A stretch of DNA of 64,000 nt, taken from positions 8,515-72,514 of the forward strand of contig JAPXRJ010000001.1 of assembly GCA_033813615.1 (NCBI GenBank), in the 5' to 3' direction. The stretch is from Microthrixaceae bacterium. Its GTDB lineage: Bacteria; Actinomycetota; Acidimicrobiia; Acidimicrobiales; Microtrichaceae. Below the pieces are notes generated by a model. That model worked only from the letters and a program-made list of their open reading frames with translations. It had not been told where the DNA came from and made no database searches. The translations under genes and the position numbers were made by a program. Positions 58,143 to 64,000 of this stretch are shown piece by piece (the stretch's first letter is position 1; each line of letters opens with the position of its first letter).

Positions 58143-59143
58143 GCCGGCTCCATCCGCACCAGCGTCCCGGCGACGGCCGGTCCGACGAGCGCGCCGCGGG
58201 GCGGTTCGTCGCGAGGTTGCGCCGACGGATCGCCCGAGGTCGCGGCGAGCAGGGCGCCGTCGTGATGGCCGGCATCGCCATGTGGATGCTGGTCGGCGGC
58301 GTCGCGATGACGACGTTGATGTCGATGAGCCTGTCTGTCGCGCAGCAGGCCAGCATGCAGGCCAAGGCGTCGGAGGCGGCCCGTGAGATCGACGGGGCGC
58401 TGCAGGTCGGGGTCGTCCAGATCCAGATCGACGACAGCGGCACCAAGGGCGTCCCGATCGGCAAGGCCGAGGGCGGCTGCGCCTCCGGCCTCGGCCCCGG
58501 CGGCGCGGTGCTCGCCGTCGACGGCGACGGCGACGCTCCCGTCGTCGTCACCTCGAACTGCTTCGGCTCGACGGATCCGAGGCAGGTGCACCGCGTGGTG
58601 CTCACCGCGGCGGTGAAGGGCGCGTCGGTGACGGGCTCCGCAGCGCTGCAGGTCGTGGCCGCGCCCGGCGGCGGCAACGACGTCGTGGTCGACAGCTGGA
58701 CCGTCGGCGACCCGACGCTCGTCACGACCACCACGAGCACCTCCACGACGTCCACGACCACCTCCCCCTCGACGACGGTTCCGGTGACGACGGTCCCGAC
58801 GACCACCACGACGGTCCCGACCACGACCACCTCTACGACGACCTCGACGACCACCACGGTCAAGCCGACGACGACCACCACGACGACGGCGGACGGGGTC
58901 ACGTGGGTGGTCAAGGTGCAGTCGGACTGGGGCATCGGGTACTGCGCGGACGTGACGGTGTCGAACCCCACGCCCAAGCCGATCGACTGGAAGATCAGCT
59001 TCCCGATCGAGGGCCGGCCGTACACGGTGTGGAACGCCGTCTGGTCCCAGAGCGGCACCACGATGACGGCATCGGGCGCCGACTGGAACAGGACCGTGCA
59101 GCCCGGCGGCACCCAGCCCTGGGGATTCTGCGCCAACCGCTGA
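58139..59143 (+). CDS. PilX-like pilin with Thr-rich linker and C-terminal CBM2
   Basis: EQG/AVVM without Glu5; poly-Thr; SDWG.GYCADVTV.N...W...WNA...WN...GFC. Confidence 0.8.
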   Translation: MSRLHPHQRPGDGRSDERAAGRFVARLRRRIARGRGEQGAVVMAGIAMWMLVGGVAMTTLMSMSLSVAQQASMQAKASEAAREIDGALQVGVVQIQIDDSGTKGVPIGKAEGGCASGLGPGGAVLAVDGDGDAPVVVTSNCFGSTDPRQVHRVVLTAAVKGASVTGSAALQVVAAPGGGNDVVVDSWTVGDPTLVTTTTSTSTTSTTTSPSTTVPVTTVPTTTTTVPTTTTSTTTSTTTTVKPTTTTTTTADGVTWVVKVQSDWGIGYCADVTVSNPTPKPIDWKISFPIEGRPYTVWNAVWSQSGTTMTASGADWNRTVQPGGTQPWGFCANR

Positions 59144-59395
59144 GTCCGAAGTCGAACGTTCGCTCGTCACCGCCGTCTCGAAGCGGCCCGACGTCGAGAT
59201 CGTCGACCGGCCACCGCCGGGCACGATCTCAAGGCCGCCGACACCCCGACACGACAGTCAGAGCACTGGCGGGTCGTGCCGCGGAAGAAGGTGCTTGCGA
59301 GCGTACCGAGAAGAGACAGTCCGGCGGAGAGCCGTCGTCGGGCCGTACAGTCGTCGCTGCGGTTCGGAGTTGCCGAATCGACGGGGGGAGATCCG

Positions 59396-59779
59396 ATGAA
59401 GATTCGACCGATCATCGCCGCCGCGTTCGGCGTGGCACTGCTCGCGGGCCTGACGGCGTGCGCACCCGAGCCGCCTGGGCCGGAGCCCGACCCGTGGGCG
59501 GATGCCGTCGGGCAGTGCTGGGGTCCGATCAGGCAGATGGTCCCCGACCTGAAGTACCTGGGCCCGAAGAACACGCTCGGCAATGGGCTGGTGTTCTACG
59601 GCACCATGAACGGAACCTGTGGTTACGACGGCGGCGTCAGCGTCGCGATCGTGCAGGCCGCCGACTTCGGTGCGGCCACGACGCTCTGCAACTCGTTGGG
59701 AGCATACGAAGCGGGACGCGCATCCCTGACCTGGGGCTGGAGCGGGGCGTCGATGCCCGCGGACGGCTGGGTCTGCTGA
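59396..59779 (+). CDS. Small Cys-containing lipoprotein
   Basis: GGGGGAG RBS; lipobox LTAC. Confidence 0.75.
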   Translation: MKIRPIIAAAFGVALLAGLTACAPEPPGPEPDPWADAVGQCWGPIRQMVPDLKYLGPKNTLGNGLVFYGTMNGTCGYDGGVSVAIVQAADFGAATTLCNSLGAYEAGRASLTWGWSGASMPADGWVC

Positions 59780-59868
59780 GCGGACCCGCGGCCCACACCA
59801 CCGGCCCGATCCTGGGCCGGCGGTGTGGCGCACCCGCATTGTCGTGTGTGCTCGTCGATCCACCGCGG

Positions 59869-60387
59869 CGTCGTCGTACCCGTCGATGTGGGTCATCGAT
59901 CGAGTTCGAGGGTGGCGAGGACGTAGGAGTGGTCGCTGCCAGCCGATACGGCGTCCTCGTAGTTGTGCTCGACGTGGTGCACGTTCAGTCTGGTCGAGGC
60001 CATGATCGCGTCGAAGCGGTCGGCGACCTTGCGGATGGTGCCCCGGACGAAGGTGACTGCGAGCGGTCCAGCAGGTCGCCGTCGTTGCACGGCTTCGAGC
60101 CGGTCCAGGAGCGCGAGCTTGGTGGCATCGCGGTTGGCGGTCCACACGCACCAGTTCCACGACAACATCCCGAACGGGCGCTGCTCATCGACCGACCCGA
60201 TCGCGGGCGGCGGCGAACACGGCGGCGACGCCGGGCTTCATCGCGTATGAGGTGGGGCGTTCCTTCCAGCAGTAGAAGGGGTAGCGGCGGCCGCTCGCGG
60301 TGGTGGCCTTCGCGAGTCCCTTGATCGATCCGGCGATCGCGTAGTCGCTGTCGAAGACGTCCGGTGCGAGCCGGCGGATCTGAACCG
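59869..60387 (-). pseudogene. Degenerate, internally deleted copy of the cassette at 61216-62323
   Basis: Near-identical flanks; 588-bp deletion at TCGAG; 1-nt deletion after the nuclease start; both flanking genes truncated. Confidence 0.88.
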
Positions 60388-60418
60388 GGTGTCCCTTCGT
60401 CGGTTGGGACACACCCAG

Positions 60419-60463
60419 CAAGAAGGGTTGCTTCGTTGCCGATGCATGCCATCGCCACACGCA
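60419..60463 (+). repeat. Left copy of an imperfect inverted repeat of about 45 bp (partner 62667-62712)
   Basis: CAAGAAGGGTTGC-TTCGTTGCCGATGCATGCCATCGCCACACGCA versus reverse complement CAAGAAGGGTTGCTTTCGTTGTCGATGCGTGTCATCGTCACGCGTA. Confidence 0.8.
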
Positions 60464-60658
60464 CCGTATAGCGGTGACGAGGTGCGCATCAGGCTCGACG
60501 ACCTGACTGTGAAGACCGGCCAACTCGGGCCTGCCAGGCAACGCCTGTTGCTTGCGTGGGCGGCTATCCACAAGGACGAACTCATGCGAATCTGGGACCT
60601 GGCCCGACAGGGACTGCCGCATGAGGCGATCGCCCCGACCATCGAGGAGGAAGCCTGA
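60459..60658 (+). pseudogene. DUF4160-family toxin-like gene, apparently 5'-truncated
   Basis: HA.Y...I..DDL...G.L......L.AWA.IH.DEL...W.LA; the usual N-terminus with H.PPH is missing. Confidence 0.65.
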
Positions 60659-60939
60659 TGGCGCACGACATAGTGAACATCACCACCGTCGAAGTCCTCG
60701 GCGGGCATCGCGTCGCTATGACTTTCGATGACGGCGCGCGCCGCGAGCGTGACCTGTCGCCACTGCTGACGGGTCCGGTGTTCGACGAGATCCGATCGAA
60801 CCCGGACCGATTCGCCGAGGTGGGCATCGACCCCGAGCTGGGGGTTCTCTGCTGGCCGAGTGGCGTCGACGTCGACGCTGAACTGCTCCGCTACGACGAC
60901 CTCTGGGATGAGGCAGTCAGGCTCACCTACAGCGCCTGA
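60658..60939 (+). CDS. DUF2442-family antitoxin-like protein
   Basis: V.VL.....TFDDG....DL..L..GPVF...F....G.L.WP.GVD. Confidence 0.85.
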   Translation: MAHDIVNITTVEVLGGHRVAMTFDDGARRERDLSPLLTGPVFDEIRSNPDRFAEVGIDPELGVLCWPSGVDVDAELLRYDDLWDEAVRLTYSA

Positions 60940-61000
60940 CCCGCTCCGACGCACGGACGCAGTCGTCGCTACGACCAGCCTCGTTCACGCTTCGGTCCGA

Positions 61001-61243
61001 TCACTCGGCGACATCGGCCGGCACCGCGACCCGGGGGCCAGCAAACCAGCAGCGCTGTGGGAGAATCAGCCACCGGAGTTCGAGTTGGTCGAGCAGGTGG
61101 GCGTCGTCGGGTCCGAGGATGTCGACGAGGGTGGACTCGTCGGTGATGAGCAGGTAGTTGGTGCCGTCGGTCGCAGACAGGACCGTGCCGCATCCGAACC
61201 AGGCAAGGACGTTGACGTCGTCGTACCCGGCGATGTGGGTCAT
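61001..61243 (-). CDS. Small hypothetical protein
   Basis: ATGA-coupled to the nuclease gene; start retained in the duplicate copy. Confidence 0.5.
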   Translation of the reverse strand: MTHIAGYDDVNVLAWFGCGTVLSATDGTNYLLITDESTLVDILGPDDAHLLDQLELRWLILPQRCWFAGPRVAVPADVAE

Positions 61244-62124
61244 CGATCGAGTTGGAGGGTGGCGAGGACGTAGGAGTGGTCGCTGCCGGCTGAGACTGCG
61301 TCCTCATAGCTGTGTTCGACGTGGTGCACTCGCAGTCTGGTCGAGGCCATGATCGCGTCGAAGCGGTCGGCGCCCTTGCGGGTGGTGCCGCGGACGAATG
61401 TGACGGCGAGCGGCCCGACGGGGCGTCGTCGTTGCACGGCTTCGAGACGGGCTGGGTTTCGGGTGAGCCAGTCGCGGTAGACGTCTCGGAGGCCGTGTCG
61501 ACTTGGTCCGTCGTGGAAGAACCGTCCGATCTCCTGTTGCGGGTCGGGTCGCGTGGTCGGTGTGCCGTAGAGGTCGTCGACCCCGCCGTCGATCCAGGAG
61601 TTGCCGTCGAGTCCGATGACGATCGGTTCGGTTTGGTCGTGGAGCCAGGTCTCGAGCGCTCGGTAGGTGCGCACCTTGCGTTCGACCCGACGGTGGCGGT
61701 CGTCGCCTCTGCCGGCGGCGTGCGGCGGGTGTGCGGAGACGGCGAGGACCTCGGTCCCATCGGCCATCCGGACGCGTGCCCACAGCACCGACTCGGGCAA
61801 GGGTTCCGACCCGGGCAGTCGTCCAGGCGTGGTGTGGTCGAGGGGCACAAGGCCGGATCCGATGATGTGGGCCCCGTTGCGTGTGATGATCGAGCAGCCG
61901 TAGGACGGATCGACTCCGTGCTCGGTGGCCGCGAGGTCGCATCCGCTGGCGATGTCGACCTCACCGAGGTGCTCGGCGATGCGTCGGATCGACTCGGGTG
62001 CGGTCTCCTGCAGCGCCGCGATCGACCAGTCGAGCCGGTCCAGGAGAGCGAGCTTGTGGCGGTCGCGGTTGGCGGTCCACACGCACCAGTTCCACGACAA
62101 CATCCCGAACGGTGCGCTGCTCAT
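61240..62124 (-). CDS. Endonuclease/exonuclease/phosphatase (EEP) family protein
   Basis: SWN, LQE, GLDGN, RFDAI, SDH. Confidence 0.82.
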   Translation of the reverse strand: MSSAPFGMLSWNWCVWTANRDRHKLALLDRLDWSIAALQETAPESIRRIAEHLGEVDIASGCDLAATEHGVDPSYGCSIITRNGAHIIGSGLVPLDHTTPGRLPGSEPLPESVLWARVRMADGTEVLAVSAHPPHAAGRGDDRHRRVERKVRTYRALETWLHDQTEPIVIGLDGNSWIDGGVDDLYGTPTTRPDPQQEIGRFFHDGPSRHGLRDVYRDWLTRNPARLEAVQRRRPVGPLAVTFVRGTTRKGADRFDAIMASTRLRVHHVEHSYEDAVSAGSDHSYVLATLQLDR

Positions 62125-62630
62125 CGACCGACCCGATCGCGGGCGGCGGCGAACACGGCGGCGACCCCTGGCTTCATCGCGTATGACGTCGGCCGAGCCT
62201 TCCACCAGTAGAAGGGGTAGCGGCGGCCGCTCGCGGTGGTGGCCTTCGTGAGTCCCTTGATCGATCCGGCGATCGCGTAGTCGCTGTCGAAGACGTCCGG
62301 TGCGAGCCGGCGGATCTGCACCGTCGACAGTCGTCGACCGGGCTGGTCGATGAGCAGGTCGAGGAAGACCTTGGCCTTCCCGCGGACCTGCGCGTAGAAG
62401 GCCTCGGCCAGCTCACCGTCGTCGCTGTCCCACTCGGGCTCGGCGTAGTGGCCACCCCCACCACTGTGCGAGGCCCAGATCCGGTGATCGTCACCGAACC
62501 GATCGCGATCGCGTCCGTCGGTGCTGGTCGCCGAGAAGCCGGCGGCGCCGAGCTGCTCGGCGATCGACTGCGCAGTGGTGTCGTCGACGGTGACCGCTAT
62601 GTCGGACGTCAGGTTCAGGGTGACGGGCAT
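62121..62630 (-). CDS. DUF6416-like protein
   Basis: W..HSGG.GH...PEW, DLLID.PG, AG, R.PF.WW. Confidence 0.6.
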   Translation of the reverse strand: MPVTLNLTSDIAVTVDDTTAQSIAEQLGAAGFSATSTDGRDRDRFGDDHRIWASHSGGGGHYAEPEWDSDDGELAEAFYAQVRGKAKVFLDLLIDQPGRRLSTVQIRRLAPDVFDSDYAIAGSIKGLTKATTASGRRYPFYWWKARPTSYAMKPGVAAVFAAARDRVGR

Positions 62631-62649
62631 GGGTGCCTCGAAGAAAAGC

Positions 62650-62712
62650 GTTGCATTCGATGTCAGTACGCGTGACGATGACACGCATCGACAACGAAAG
62701 CAACCCTTCTTG
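62650..62712 (-). repeat. Right inverted-repeat copy overlapping a long imperfect palindrome upstream of the DUF6416-like gene
   Basis: GTTGCTTTCGTTGTCGATGCGTG...CACGCGTACTGACATCGAATGCAAC. Confidence 0.7.
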
Positions 62713-62926
62713 ATGATCGACCTGCTCAACGTCGGCGGGTGGGCCGACACGGTCGTCGTCGAACACCGGCACGGGACCGCCTACCTCGACCAGTACGCCG
62801 GGATGCTCCGCCGGTGGGGACACGTGACTACCGGGTGTGTCCCTGTTCGGGTGCGACCTGAGGCTTGGGTTCCGGTGTCATCGTGCGCACCTATGGTCGA
62901 AGCCTCAGAGTCGAAGGGAGCAACAG

Positions 62927-63412
62927 GTGTCGATAGTTCTGCGACCTGGCGACCAGGTCGACCCACGCGACGACATCGTTCTTCGGGCTGGGGGCGGGAA
63001 TGTCGACAGCCTCACATCGAAGGCCATCGAGAATGCTCCGCAGTACCGGGCGCTCGTTGAGGCGGGCGCTATCCGCAGCGCCTACAGCATCTCGGTGAAC
63101 ATTCCACGCGCCGGCGTCGCTGACGTCGACGACATCCTCGGGTCGCCCGGCTACGTGGTCTACAGGCCCTACCTACGAGCCGAAGCAGCGCAGCTCCTCG
63201 CGCTGGACTACATCGACATCGTCGCGACAACCGTGACAGAGGAAGGCGCGGCGCCCAGCTCTGTCGATCTCAGCCACTTCGACATTGTCGTCGTGGCCGC
63301 TGACGAGACCGAGTTGCGAGACCGCATCGAAGAGATCCGGGCCCGCTTCACGAAGCAACCCAACCCGAAGCGCCCAGGTACACTTGAACCTCGAGGTGAC
63401 TCTGATGCCTGA
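62927..63412 (+). CDS. Hypothetical protein
   Basis: GGGAG RBS + GTG; atypical, lower-GC codon usage. Confidence 0.65.
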   Translation: MSIVLRPGDQVDPRDDIVLRAGGGNVDSLTSKAIENAPQYRALVEAGAIRSAYSISVNIPRAGVADVDDILGSPGYVVYRPYLRAEAAQLLALDYIDIVATTVTEEGAAPSSVDLSHFDIVVVAADETELRDRIEEIRARFTKQPNPKRPGTLEPRGDSDA

Positions 63413-63617
63413 CACGACGATCCAGGTGGACTTCACCAGATTGACGAGTGCCGGATATGGCACGATCTACGGCCCCAAGACCGAAGGTCTCCACGTAGGG
63501 CAGCTCATCGCTATCACCGATGACGAGGCTGACACGATCGAGGCCGAAGTGCTCGAGGTCTGCGGCGACGCAGTCAAGATCCGGGCACACTGGGGCAAGG
63601 TGCTCCATACCGCCTGA
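63405..63617 (+). CDS. Small hypothetical protein (70 aa)
   Basis: GAGGTG RBS; overlaps upstream gene; followed by a hairpin. Confidence 0.65.
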   Translation: MPDTTIQVDFTRLTSAGYGTIYGPKTEGLHVGQLIAITDDEADTIEAEVLEVCGDAVKIRAHWGKVLHTA

Positions 63618-63638
63618 ACGGGTTCCAACGCTCTGACC

Positions 63639-63671
63639 GAACCGCCTTCCTCCGCAGGGGGAGGGCGGTTC
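63639..63671. terminator. Hairpin terminator
   Basis: GAACCGCCTTCCTCC-GCA-GGGGGAGGGCGGTTC. Confidence 0.7.
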
Positions 63672-64000
63672 TGCGTTCCAACGACAAGTCCGCCACGGTC
63701 CTCTGAGCGCGAGCCTCAGGCATGCGGCCTGAAGCCCGCTTGACGCTGACGCGGTCGTGGGCTCGTTGCTCTTCGCCAAACGGCGTGCCTGGCCAATGCG
63801 TCCGTGAGCGACTTCGACCCCGTCACGCAGACGGATCGGGCGGAACACCCAACGCCCGTCAACGTCGAGCTGGGGTTCATCCCAACCAACCCGCCGCACC
63901 TCGGCTTGCACGAAGGGCCGCCGCGGTGGGCTGCGCATTTCGGACTCCAGTAGCCGGGCAACTACATAGGCAGATTCCGGGAGCGGCCGGTCCGGCTGGC

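Noticed and set aside
62650-63690. Integron attC sites in the palindromes
   Set aside because: Orientation and core sites do not fit RYYYAAC...GTTRRRY; no integrase in the window
63700-64000. Minus-strand ORF entering from beyond the window
   Set aside because: Frame is open but overlaps the plus-strand gene pair and has no recognisable motif; cannot be supported

Overview
High-GC actinobacterial chromosome segment; gene content and style suggest Acidimicrobiia, which is an inference. About two-thirds is housekeeping: purL(3')/gluQ/purF/purM/pyrE/malic enzyme, a tRNA Glu-Asp-Phe cluster, clpS, haem A/O synthases with a caa3-type oxidase operon, serS, a CLC-F-type channel, pdxH, ccdA/resA, orn, dut and a DEAD-box helicase. 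Several loci stand out. (1) A translationally coupled MauE / Tat-exported 22-Cys MauA-like protein with repeats / MauD-like thioredoxin / hypothetical operon, with no MauB or MauG in the window, divergent from an ECF sigma/anti-sigma pair. (2) A ligand-less copy of cytochrome oxidase subunits I and III placed at the front of the intact oxidase operon. (3) A catalytically dead cellulose-synthase-like GT2 with an intact PilZ motif fused to a SipW-type signal peptidase, coupled to a sortase-motif surface protein. (4) Three minor-pilin-like genes carrying PKD/FN3 and CBM2 domains. (5) A whiB7/wblC gene with its promoter, uORF and terminator attenuator. (6) An LCIB/theta-type carbonic anhydrase-like gene behind ccdA. 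(7) A rearranged accessory end with a duplicated and internally deleted nuclease cassette, about 45-bp inverted repeats and a 5'-truncated DUF4160/DUF2442 pair. All family calls come from motif recognition by eye; no searches were run.
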